Part shown: in pieces, positions 50,423 to 59,171 of the stretch | How the letters are laid out: each line of letters begins with the position of its first letter | How positions within the stretch are numbered: position 1 is the first letter of the stretch | Source of the DNA: a virus | Lineage: Duplodnaviria; Caudoviricetes | IMG/VR virus record: IMGVR_UViG_3300029288_000106 | Coordinates: 1 to 64,000 of that record | DNA: 64,000 nucleotides | Reading direction: 5' to 3' (one strand) | Notes under the pieces: model-generated | The model's database searches: none | Told to the model about the DNA's origin: nothing | Seen by the model: the letters and a program-made list of their open reading frames with translations, nothing else | Program-made: the position numbers and the translations under genes

Positions 50423-50845
50423 ATGATACAAGAATATTCAAAAATTGGATTTTCTGGAACACAAGATGGAATGACATTAGAACAACGAAGCAAGTTTGTG
50501 TATTTGCTTAGTGAACTTTTTCCAGACGAATTACATTATGGTGATTGTATTGGGGCTGATAATGAAGCTGATGATGCTGCAATGACCAGAAAAATGAAAA
50601 TTGTTGTTCATCCTCCAATCAATCCAAAGAAACAAGCTTTTTGTAATTTAAAGCTTTATTCAAATAGAATCGTCTTATCACCAAGAGATTATATTGATCG
50701 AAATCATGATATAGTTGATCAAACAGAATGCTTAGTAGCTACTCCTAAAAACAATATACAGCTTAGATCAGGAACTTGGTCTACAATTAATTATGCTAGA
50801 AAACAAAATAAAGATGTATTTGTTGTATGGCCCAATGAAAAATAA
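50423..50845 (+). CDS. SLOG-superfamily (YspA/DprA-like) protein
   Basis: IGFSGT, GDCIGAD, RNHDIVD, SGTWSTINYAR. Confidence 0.75.
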   Translation: MIQEYSKIGFSGTQDGMTLEQRSKFVYLLSELFPDELHYGDCIGADNEADDAAMTRKMKIVVHPPINPKKQAFCNLKLYSNRIVLSPRDYIDRNHDIVDQTECLVATPKNNIQLRSGTWSTINYARKQNKDVFVVWPNEK

Positions 50846-51404
50846 CCTTGAATAGTGAAAGCTGGCACAAGGAGTACAGATAATGGGAAATGGCTTATAT
50901 GGACAAAATCAAGGTAATGAAAAAAGATCTTCATCTGAAGTTATAGTAGATAGGTTTGAAGAAAATCAACAAATTGAAGGAGAACATGTTGAAAAATTAA
51001 AACAGCTAATCAGTACACACAAATGGTCAGAAGTTGAAAAATATATACAGGAATTAAAAGACTTGCATTTTTCACAAGATAGAATCCAAAGTATCACAAC
51101 ACAAGCACAGGCATTAGCAAAGATATAGAAAGGCAAATTATGAAAAAATAACCGAGTGTGATAGTCACATCAAAGTTCAATCACTTTCCTTCGCCAAGCA
51201 ATAGTATTGAACACTCTTACAAGCTATCACACTCGACCTTTTAAAAATAGAGACTTTTATGAAAAATTGGAATGATTATGAAGTAGCAAAAAGATGGGGC
51301 AGATGGTCCATTCAGCACAAGAAAAATAAGCAAGTGTATTGTACGTTCGATACAGAAGAACAAGCTAACAAAGCTTTAGCTCATTATAAGGAAACGCAAT
51401 ATAC

Positions 51405-52109
51405 ATGATACTCTATCACGGAACATCTGAAGTATATTTAAACAAGATTCTAGAAAAGGGTCTTGTTCCTCGAAGAGATCAGAAAATACCAAATTCAAAT
51501 TGGAAAGAATATCCCAGCCAAACAGATATGATCTATCTATCCACAGCATATCCATTTTATTTTGCATATACAGCTTGCAATCAAGTAAATCAATCAAAAG
51601 GAGTTGTATTTGAACTTGATTTACCTGATGATTCTACAAGTTTTTATCCAGATGAAGATTTCATATATCATTGTATTAAAAATCAATATAAATATAATAA
51701 GTCGAAAGAAGCACTAAAACAACTTCATGAAGATATAAAAAATAATTTGCAAAGTTACCAACACTATTGGGGGCACAGTATAACTAAAATGGGAGTTTGT
51801 GGTTATAAAGAAACAATTACACCGGAACACATCAAACGATATTGTGTAGTTGATTTTAGAAAAACTCCTCACATAGCTCTTAGTTGTCTTGATCCCAGCA
51901 TCTCTCCAGATAACTTTGCAATTAAAGGAAAGTACTATCAAGATCTTGTGAAGTGGTTTTTTGGTGATCGAGAGTTATTACCACAGGTTGATGAAGCTAA
52001 TTTAATAGTTAAACTTTTTCAAGAGAATAAAAAAGAATTTGAAAAGGGTGTGAATTTTTGGGCAGAACAATCGTATAATAGAGAATATATACAGGTGATT
52101 AATTTATAA
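51405..52109 (+). CDS. ADP-ribosyltransferase-fold protein
   Basis: LYHGTS..ILEKGLVP, IYLST..AY, VFEL. Confidence 0.6.
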   Translation: MILYHGTSEVYLNKILEKGLVPRRDQKIPNSNWKEYPSQTDMIYLSTAYPFYFAYTACNQVNQSKGVVFELDLPDDSTSFYPDEDFIYHCIKNQYKYNKSKEALKQLHEDIKNNLQSYQHYWGHSITKMGVCGYKETITPEHIKRYCVVDFRKTPHIALSCLDPSISPDNFAIKGKYYQDLVKWFFGDRELLPQVDEANLIVKLFQENKKEFEKGVNFWAEQSYNREYIQVINL

Positions 52110-52151
52110 AAATAGAAAAAATGAAAATTTTCTTAGGCACATTTTATAGGA

Positions 52152-52481
52152 ATGACAGCTAGTTTATATGTTTTAGGGCCTTTTAAAAAAGAACTTATTA
52201 CGTATCTTGATGCAAATTATTGGAAAAATGTAAAAGAAGAAACAGAAATTTTTGCTAAACTCTTATACACACCAACAAATAATCTAAGCCAACTGATGGC
52301 AGATATGTTTGGTATTAATATTAACAATCCCAGTGAGTTTGTTTTTGTTCCTGATGAAGCTAAAATGGATTGGGTATTAGGCCAACCAATCAGCGCACAA
52401 AACGATATTGAAAATGTACAAGAAATGATAGAAGCTTTTAAAAAAGCAGGATATATCTTTATCTTTGATCCTTATAGTTAA
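52152..52481 (+). CDS. Hypothetical protein
   Basis: ORF. Confidence 0.5.
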   Translation: MTASLYVLGPFKKELITYLDANYWKNVKEETEIFAKLLYTPTNNLSQLMADMFGININNPSEFVFVPDEAKMDWVLGQPISAQNDIENVQEMIEAFKKAGYIFIFDPYS

Positions 52482-52497
52482 ATTGATTAGTAGTCTG

Positions 52498-52542
52498 GTA
52501 TTAATCAAACTAAGATCATTGATTCTCCTGCGTGCTCTTTAG
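52498..52542 (+). repeat. Degenerate copy of the dispersed element (half palindrome GCGTGCTC)
   Basis: GTATTAATC..AAGATCATT..GCGTGCTCTTTAG. Confidence 0.55.
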
Positions 52543-52569
52543 ATAATTTTGTAGAAGAAAGACTAAAGA

Positions 52570-52875
52570 ATGAATGTTTATATAAAAACAAAATACACCG
52601 ATGGAGAAGTAGAATTAAAATTTGGATATTACTCAAACGGAAGTATAGCTATAAAAGGATACAGTACAGATGGACTTCATGAATGTGTATTCATAGCTAC
52701 AGTTGCTCTATCTACCATACCTGCTCCAGGATTTGTCTTTTTAAAAGGTTGGTCAGAAAATGAAGGACTTCCAGAAGCACTTGTTAAAGCTGGAATAGTT
52801 GAATTGACAGGAAAAAAGATACCTACAGGATATTGTGAAGCTCAAGAAGCAAAATTACTTGTAGATATTAAATAA
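52570..52875 (+). CDS. DUF4313-like protein
   Basis: Y.NGSIAI..ATV.L..SENEG..LVKAGI..TG..I.TGYC. Confidence 0.6.
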   Translation: MNVYIKTKYTDGEVELKFGYYSNGSIAIKGYSTDGLHECVFIATVALSTIPAPGFVFLKGWSENEGLPEALVKAGIVELTGKKIPTGYCEAQEAKLLVDIK

Positions 52876-52890
52876 AATATTTTTAAAAAA

Positions 52891-52926
52891 TTTTCTTGAT
52901 TTTTATAAAACATATATTATAATATA
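52891..52926 (+). promoter_or_regulatory. Sigma70-like early promoter (repeated motif)
   Basis: TTGATT(52896)-N16-TATAAT(52918). Confidence 0.75.
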
Positions 52927-53354
52927 TTTATGAATAAAAAACAACTATTAAAAAATAGTAAAACAAGCAAAATTAAAAATAAACATTTTACTTCGCCCGG
53001 TAATACTTTTTACGGCATTCAAAATAAAACAACTAAAGTATTATTAAGTTTATCAGTATCAGGAACAGGATCAACTGAAAGTTATGAATGTAGCCTTCAA
53101 GAAGATAGATTTACTAAAACTCCTTGGCTTACTACTTCTAAAGAAATAGCCAAAAAACTTTTAGAGGAAGGAATTGATTGGTATAATTCAAATTTAGAGT
53201 GCCCAGGAAATGCTTGGATGTTTAATGATGGTAAATTTAAAAACTATGAAATTGTAGAAATAATACTACAAATAAAATAATTTTTAAAAATCAAATTTTT
53301 TACTTTTGTATTTTATAAAAACGTATATATTAAAAAGAAGAAAGGGCAAAACAG

Positions 53355-54377
53355 ATGATTGATATTACAAAAAAACTCATTACAAAAGAAACAATGCTAG
53401 AACAGGGCCAAAAGCTCCGCACACTCACGGCTGAAGATATTACATTTGGAGAACAAACCAAATTTGCTTATGATGAAAAGCAAGGTGTAGTTCTTCAAGT
53501 GAAATCAAACGAACCTCAAACACTCGAAGCAACAGCAGTTCAACATCTTCTTCAGAATATTGGACTGCCTCAGAAGTTCTTTAACGAAACAACATCAGAT
53601 TTAGCAATACAACTTTTGAACTATTGGTATCAAGACAAACGAAATGGCCTCAAAAGCAGATTGTTAAAAGAAACAGGAAAAGTTACCGGAGTAGCTTTCA
53701 ATCCAAGAGATCAATTTGTATCACTTGATCAAATGATTGAAACAATCGAAGCATCTCTTGGGCAAGCAAATATTATTGGTTATCACAATCCATATTTCGA
53801 TTGGTCTCACAGCAATATCAATGTTGTGCTTAACCAGGTATTTGCAGTAAACGGAAGAGAAGATTTACTTAACATTGGAATCAGATTTGTTCATTCTTTC
53901 AACGAAATTGAACCAACTCGAGCTTTTGCTTATGTCTTTCGTCAATTTTGCTCTAATGGAGCAATAACAGAAGATACATTCGCTTCATTCAGTAAACGAT
54001 CAAAAGGTATGCCATTTAGAAAATGGGTTGATTCAGTTGTTGTTGAATCAACAAAAGCAGCAGGCCTCGAACAACAGCGATTGCAAAAACTCTTGCAGAT
54101 GCCAACAAATCAACATACATCTGATATACTTAATCATGTAATGGAAAGATCATTCTTACCAAAAGATGTACAAGAAGCAATTCGAACAGAAGCAATTGAT
54201 GCTAACGCAGAAACAATGTATGATGTCTACAATATACTTACTCGAGTATCTACACATCATCCAATCTTTTCTGATCATCCAACTGCTCTTCCGACAGTTG
54301 AAAAACTTGCAACAGGCCTTTCATTCCATTCTAGTTTATGTCCAGTATGCAAACACGAAATTGTAACAAAAGATTAA
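53355..54377 (+). CDS. DUF932/DUF945-like protein
   Basis: FRQFCSNGAI and TMYDVYNILT motifs. Confidence 0.6.
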   Translation: MIDITKKLITKETMLEQGQKLRTLTAEDITFGEQTKFAYDEKQGVVLQVKSNEPQTLEATAVQHLLQNIGLPQKFFNETTSDLAIQLLNYWYQDKRNGLKSRLLKETGKVTGVAFNPRDQFVSLDQMIETIEASLGQANIIGYHNPYFDWSHSNINVVLNQVFAVNGREDLLNIGIRFVHSFNEIEPTRAFAYVFRQFCSNGAITEDTFASFSKRSKGMPFRKWVDSVVVESTKAAGLEQQRLQKLLQMPTNQHTSDILNHVMERSFLPKDVQEAIRTEAIDANAETMYDVYNILTRVSTHHPIFSDHPTALPTVEKLATGLSFHSSLCPVCKHEIVTKD

Positions 54378-54468
54378 CTAACTAGCTAATCATCGCCACG
54401 ATCCAGACTAAAAACTGGATCGAGGCCTTGATTATCTTTCAGAAATAACATCAAAGTCTAAAACAAGG

Positions 54469-54999
54469 ATGGTTATGAATAGCAGCAAGGATGTTACTCA
54501 ATATCTGAGTATAATTCAGATAGAAGCGTATAAGTGTTATATGAAATTAAAAAAACCACCTATTTATGATGTAGAAGATTTAGAACAAGAAGGGATAATT
54601 GTATGGTTGTATGCTTGTATGTTTAAACCTGATTACACAGAACTTGAGTTCAGGCCATACTTTAGAATAGCTCTTATAAATAGATTTAATGATATTCTAA
54701 CAAAGTCTTATCGATATATTAATCAAGCTGGAGAAATAGATATGCCTTGTATTGGAGCATTAAAGCCCACTATATCTCCTCTAGCTAAAGCACAACTAAC
54801 TGAAACATTATACACAAATCTATCTCCAGTAGAACTTAATTACATATCTACACTTTTCAACTTGTCAGAAGAAGAAAAGAAAGAACTAACAAACGACCGG
54901 CGACATAGATTTTCATTAATGCAGAAAAAAATGAATTTAACGACCGAACAAGATTTTCAAACTAGAAAAAATATTGAACGGGTTTTAACTAATGCTTAA
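54469..54999 (+). CDS. Second sigma-factor-like protein (region 2)
   Basis: DVEDLEQEG..FRPYFRIALINRFNDIL. Confidence 0.6.
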   Translation: MVMNSSKDVTQYLSIIQIEAYKCYMKLKKPPIYDVEDLEQEGIIVWLYACMFKPDYTELEFRPYFRIALINRFNDILTKSYRYINQAGEIDMPCIGALKPTISPLAKAQLTETLYTNLSPVELNYISTLFNLSEEEKKELTNDRRHRFSLMQKKMNLTTEQDFQTRKNIERVLTNA

Positions 55000-55016
55000 T
55001 TCTATATATACAAAGA

Positions 55017-55060
55017 TATTAACCAGTAGAAGATCATTAAGGAGCACGCGTGCTCTTAAG
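55017..55060 (+). repeat. Copy of the dispersed element with 14-bp palindrome GAGCACGCGTGCTC, upstream of queC
   Basis: TATTAACCAGTAGAAGATCATTAAGGAGCACGCGTGCTCTTAAG. Confidence 0.85.
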
Positions 55061-55081
55061 ATCTTGATATAGGAGAATAAT

Positions 55082-55843
55082 ATGGGCAGTAGTGTAGTAG
55101 TAGTTTATTCAGGCGGATTAGATAGCACAGTATTACTAAATCATGCTGTAAAAACAATTGATCGAGTGTTAGCAATAAACTTTAATTACGGATCAAAACA
55201 TAATAATAAAGAACGAGATGCAGCTAAAGCTGTTTGTGAAGAACTTTCAGTTCCACTTTTTCTTGTTAATCTTCCAACTGATATAATTTGGATTGATCCG
55301 ACCTATCATTCTGAACGACTTGGGACTTTACTTAAGTCAAATCTAATGGCAAAAGGAAACGAAATACCAGATGGTCATTATGCTGAAGATGTGATGAAAA
55401 AAACAGTTGTCCCATTTAGAAATGGTATTATGCTATCAATAGCAGCTGGATTTGCTGAAAGTCATGATTGTAAATTTTTATGGTTAGCTAGCCATTCGGG
55501 CGATCATCATATATACTGTGATTGTAGACCAGAATTTACAAATGCTATGGCTTCTGCTGTACATTTTGGTACATATACTAATATTGAATTGAGAGCTCCG
55601 TTCAGCAATAAAAATAAAGCAGAAATTGTGAAACAGGGAGTTGAAGAAAATGCTCCAATGCATTTAACTTGGAGTTGTTATAAAGGTGGAAATAGACCGT
55701 GTCTAACTTGTGGCACATGCATTGAAAGAACCGAAGCATTCAAATTAGCTGGAATAAAAGATCCAACTCTATCCGATGCTGAATGGAAAATAGCATTAAC
55801 TCATCTGGAAAAAACAAACAATTTGATGAAAGAACAATCATGA
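55082..55843 (+). CDS. queC: 7-cyano-7-deazaguanine synthase
   Basis: SGGLDST, YGSKH, VPFRN, YCDCRPEF, TWSCY..CLTCGTCIER. Confidence 0.95.
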   Translation: MGSSVVVVYSGGLDSTVLLNHAVKTIDRVLAINFNYGSKHNNKERDAAKAVCEELSVPLFLVNLPTDIIWIDPTYHSERLGTLLKSNLMAKGNEIPDGHYAEDVMKKTVVPFRNGIMLSIAAGFAESHDCKFLWLASHSGDHHIYCDCRPEFTNAMASAVHFGTYTNIELRAPFSNKNKAEIVKQGVEENAPMHLTWSCYKGGNRPCLTCGTCIERTEAFKLAGIKDPTLSDAEWKIALTHLEKTNNLMKEQS

Positions 55844-56067
55844 AGATAACAAAACAAAAAACAGAAAGACTCATAAAAAAACTCAGTCCTATTGATAATG
55901 TAGAATTTTTTCAGGCCAATCCAAAATACGTCCGGGTAAATGACTTTGCTAAAGCAAATAATATCACTGTACAAACAGTACTAAATAAGGCACGGAATGG
56001 AAGCATTGAAGCAAGGATGTTCATGAACTTAATTGTTGTGAGAAATAAAAAGGAAAATATCACATGA
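55840..56067 (+). CDS. Small HTH protein
   Basis: VNDFAKANNITVQTV. Confidence 0.5.
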   Translation: MKITKQKTERLIKKLSPIDNVEFFQANPKYVRVNDFAKANNITVQTVLNKARNGSIEARMFMNLIVVRNKKENIT

Positions 56068-56225
56068 TTGCTGTAATTCTCATAAGCCTTGCAGTATTAA
56101 TGATTTACCCCCCAGCTTTTCTTCCCGTTTTACTTATACTCGGGGCGTTGTGTATAGGAGCTAAATGTAGATAAACTTCACAGTGTGTGAAGTAATAATA
56201 ACTTAACTCTAGAAAGGGACAAAAA

Positions 56226-56636
56226 ATGAAGTTAGCATGGTACCGAATTATTGTATTGATCTTACAATTACTGACTGGTAAGACTGACAGAATATTACCA
56301 AGAACAGAAATCAATTGTAAGCCAGAAGCGCTGTATTTGTTGAAGCAGCTGAAAAAAACTGCAGCAACAACAGCTAACATCGAATTCTGGATGTGGTTGG
56401 TCACGAAAATTATTGAACTTATAAAAACGATGCAGGAAGAAACAGCTACGGAAATACCTACTTTAGTTGGTTTACCAGACGTAACACTTGGTCTTGCTAA
56501 AATAGTGGGAGATCAACCTACACAACTTCCGCCAGCAATGGAAAGTATTGATGGGGCTATTGCTTTCTTACAACCAGCACCAGCTAAAACAGAAGAACCG
56601 GCCAAAACAGAAACAAATCAGCCAGAACAGTCGTAA
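56226..56636 (+). CDS. Hypothetical protein
   Basis: ORF with RBS. Confidence 0.55.
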   Translation: MKLAWYRIIVLILQLLTGKTDRILPRTEINCKPEALYLLKQLKKTAATTANIEFWMWLVTKIIELIKTMQEETATEIPTLVGLPDVTLGLAKIVGDQPTQLPPAMESIDGAIAFLQPAPAKTEEPAKTETNQPEQS

Positions 56637-56652
56637 TTATATAAAGACCAGT

Positions 56653-56723
56653 GGGGCTGTAGTTTAACTGGCAAAACGCTTTATTACGGTAAAGAATTAT
56701 AGGTTCAAATCCTATCGGCTCCA
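56653..56723 (+). tRNA. tRNA-like RNA with Ala identity elements (G3:U70, A73) and a non-canonical 6-nt anticodon loop; CCA not encoded
   Basis: Acceptor GGGGCTG/CGGCTCC, D arm GTTT/AAAC, anticodon stem CTTTA/TAAAG with loop TTACGG, T arm ATAGG-TTCAAAT-CCTAT. Confidence 0.8.
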
Positions 56724-56746
56724 GTAAATATATTAGGTAATTTCAA

Positions 56747-57637
56747 TTGAAAGGATTCACTATGGACCTCAAGTTTGGATGGCTCAAAGAACCAGATGAT
56801 CCTCGTGACTACACAGAGCAAAATATTCAAACTAAAAAACCAGAGTTTGCTAGACTCAAACTTCCGTTTTTTAAACAGGAAAAAGTTATAAATAATGACC
56901 GATACGTTATAAAAGGCGTATATCAAAAACGCAATGACTGCGTTGCCCACACAGGTTATCATCTTGTTGGATTTATCTGTAAGAAGATTTTTGGTAAAGA
57001 TGTTAAAATATCAAGAAGACATCTATATTACTTACTTCGATTTCTGATGCTAAATGATGAAAAACCAGTCAACTCAGAAATTGTATATCCATCTGAAGAT
57101 ACAGGTGGGTGGATTCGAAAAATGATTCAATCTATCTCTCTTGGCATTGTACCTGAAGACTACATTCGATATGTTGCAGACAAATATAATGAAAAACCTG
57201 ATCCATATCTTGTAGCACAATTCGCTGGATCTTACAAAGCTTTGAAAGCAATAAAACTCGATTATCCTGGAATAGATAGAGAAGAACTTATTGTAAGTAT
57301 GAAAAAATGGTGTGAAGCAGGTTGGCCAATTGCTTTTGGAACACTTCTTGGAAAGTCATACTATGAAAGTTTTGAGAATGGTGGTATAATTAAAGCACCT
57401 AATTTCTTAAAAGAAGGAATACCAATAGGTGCTCACGCTATGATGATTCCGGCTGGCTTCGACGAAAATACAAAGAGATTTCGACTTCAAAATTCTCACC
57501 TTGGTTTCGGAGATGAAAATTGTTGTGGCTATATTGATGAAGATGTATTTAGAATGAAACGAAACCAAAAACCAATTGCTCAAGATATCTGGGTTGGAAT
57601 TGACTACCAAGCTCTTATAAAAGAACAATTCAATTAA
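56747..57637 (+). CDS. Papain-like C1 cysteine peptidase
   Basis: FGWLKEPDDPRD, Q..NDCVAH, GAHAM, QNSH.GFGD..GYI. Confidence 0.8.
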   Translation: MKGFTMDLKFGWLKEPDDPRDYTEQNIQTKKPEFARLKLPFFKQEKVINNDRYVIKGVYQKRNDCVAHTGYHLVGFICKKIFGKDVKISRRHLYYLLRFLMLNDEKPVNSEIVYPSEDTGGWIRKMIQSISLGIVPEDYIRYVADKYNEKPDPYLVAQFAGSYKALKAIKLDYPGIDREELIVSMKKWCEAGWPIAFGTLLGKSYYESFENGGIIKAPNFLKEGIPIGAHAMMIPAGFDENTKRFRLQNSHLGFGDENCCGYIDEDVFRMKRNQKPIAQDIWVGIDYQALIKEQFN

Positions 57638-57676
57638 ACTAACCCAAAAAATAATCAAAAGACAAGAGGAAAACTA

Positions 57677-58513
57677 ATGGATACAGAAATGTGGGATCTA
57701 TTATATATCGCTGATAAAAAAGATAGCCATGAAGCTGACGACTTTATAGATAACTACACAGCTATATTTAACAGAAAGCTATGGAAAGAACGCTATCCAG
57801 ATATTCCATATCCACATTATTCTCATGCTGAAAAAGTATTTCCATACCGAGCTCGTTACGCAGAATGGATTGAAAGGCACTGTGGAATTGTCATTCCAGT
57901 TGGAAATAATATATGCTTTAGTTCAACATTAAGAGACGAAGGAAAAGGAGTAAGATTTGCTGATTTTGACATAATCACTCGAAACAAACATAGATGGGAT
58001 TTATATCTTGAAATCATAACAGAAGAAGAAATGGATATTCGATTTGCTCGGGCTTGTAAAATAGTTGGTCGGCCTTATTTCAAGATTGGATTGGTTCTTG
58101 ATTTTGGTTTGCCTTTCGGTAAATTAGGATGGGCAATTGGAGCTTTACTTAATCAATGGTATTGTTCGCAAGCTTGTTTTTATGTAGATACAGGAAAACG
58201 TGCCAGACAATCACCAATACGAAGAGGAATTTGGATAAGACAACAAGGACGAAAGTTTTTAGGTAATTTAGGTGAAAATGAAGTTAATTATCAGATTATA
58301 AATGATGGAAAAGTTCAAATTCAACTTCAAAAAACAGTATCAAAAATAGTAGCAACTGATTGTGAAGGAAGAAAGTGTACAGTAGTAGAATTTGAACACA
58401 ATCAAGATATAAATCAGGAAATACTAGAGTTTATATTTATGAAAACTCTTATATATACAAAAAATGTAGGAGCAGAAAATATCAAAAGTATTGATATTGA
58501 AAACAAATCATGA
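57677..58513 (+). CDS. Permuted NlpC/P60 (YiiX-like) protein
   Basis: YSHAE..GRPY..WYCSQ. Confidence 0.6.
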   Translation: MDTEMWDLLYIADKKDSHEADDFIDNYTAIFNRKLWKERYPDIPYPHYSHAEKVFPYRARYAEWIERHCGIVIPVGNNICFSSTLRDEGKGVRFADFDIITRNKHRWDLYLEIITEEEMDIRFARACKIVGRPYFKIGLVLDFGLPFGKLGWAIGALLNQWYCSQACFYVDTGKRARQSPIRRGIWIRQQGRKFLGNLGENEVNYQIINDGKVQIQLQKTVSKIVATDCEGRKCTVVEFEHNQDINQEILEFIFMKTLIYTKNVGAENIKSIDIENKS

Positions 58514-58657
58514 AATGGCTTTGTATAATATTTTGTGTTGCATTTATAGCATTTGGTGGAGTTAAAGTAGAGCATCATGTAATTGTTGAAGTAAATGCTA
58601 AACATGTAGTTGAATCAATCTTAAATTTCTTTAGGTTTCGAAGCAGGAGTAAACCAG

Positions 58658-59026
58658 ATGATAATAACAAGAGAATACCTCAGAGCTAATCCAACACATA
58701 TATTTGTATTTGGTGATAACATGCTTCATTCAGGATATGCTGGAGCTGCTGCTTTAAGAGATGAACCAAATGTTTTTAAATTTATAACTAAAAAAAGACC
58801 TACACAAGAAGATTCAGCTTTCTATACTCCAGAAGAATACAAAAAAATCTATTTACGAGAAATTGGCTTGTTGATAGTAGATATACAGATGCAGCCAGAT
58901 AATTTATTCTTAATATCAAAATTAGGATCTGGTCTTGCTAATAGATTTGGTATATTTGAAGCAATAATCGAACCACACATCAAAAATGATTTAGCCAGTT
59001 ATTCTAATGTAAAATTCTTATGGTAA
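58658..59026 (+). CDS. Conserved phage protein (FVFGDN..GAA family, macro-like)
   Basis: IFVFGDN..GYAGAA..LGSGLA. Confidence 0.55.
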   Translation: MIITREYLRANPTHIFVFGDNMLHSGYAGAAALRDEPNVFKFITKKRPTQEDSAFYTPEEYKKIYLREIGLLIVDIQMQPDNLFLISKLGSGLANRFGIFEAIIEPHIKNDLASYSNVKFLW

Positions 59027-59070
59027 TCCTGCAACGTATGCCCTCACCGGGTATACAACACTTTCGCGTA

Positions 59071-59098
59071 ATGGCTGCTATCCGACGGCCATTTTTTT
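59071..59098 (+). terminator. Intrinsic terminator, plus-strand block
   Basis: ATGGCTG-loop-CGGCCAT plus T run. Confidence 0.7.
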
Positions 59099-59104
59099 AT
59101 CAAA

Positions 59105-59145
59105 TAAAAAAGTGGACACCACTAAAACAATCAGCAGTGCCCACT
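59105..59145 (-). terminator. Intrinsic terminator, minus-strand sugar cluster
   Basis: 15-bp stem with G:U pairs AGTGGGCACTGCTGA/TTAGTGGTGTCCACT plus T run. Confidence 0.75.
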
Positions 59146-59171
59146 AAAGAGAAAAAAGAGTTTCTTGAAAC

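Noticed and set aside
54399-54422. Hairpin CGATCCAG/CTGGATCG as terminator
   Set aside because: Real 8-bp stem but no adjacent U tract; function unsupported.
55000-55081. preQ1 riboswitch upstream of queC
   Set aside because: No recognisable preQ1 aptamer; the region is occupied by the dispersed palindromic element.
56653-56723. tmRNA or ordinary tRNA-Arg(ACG)/Val(TAC)
   Set aside because: Too short for tmRNA, with no tag reading frame; 7-nt-loop registers for ACG or TAC destroy the anticodon stem.
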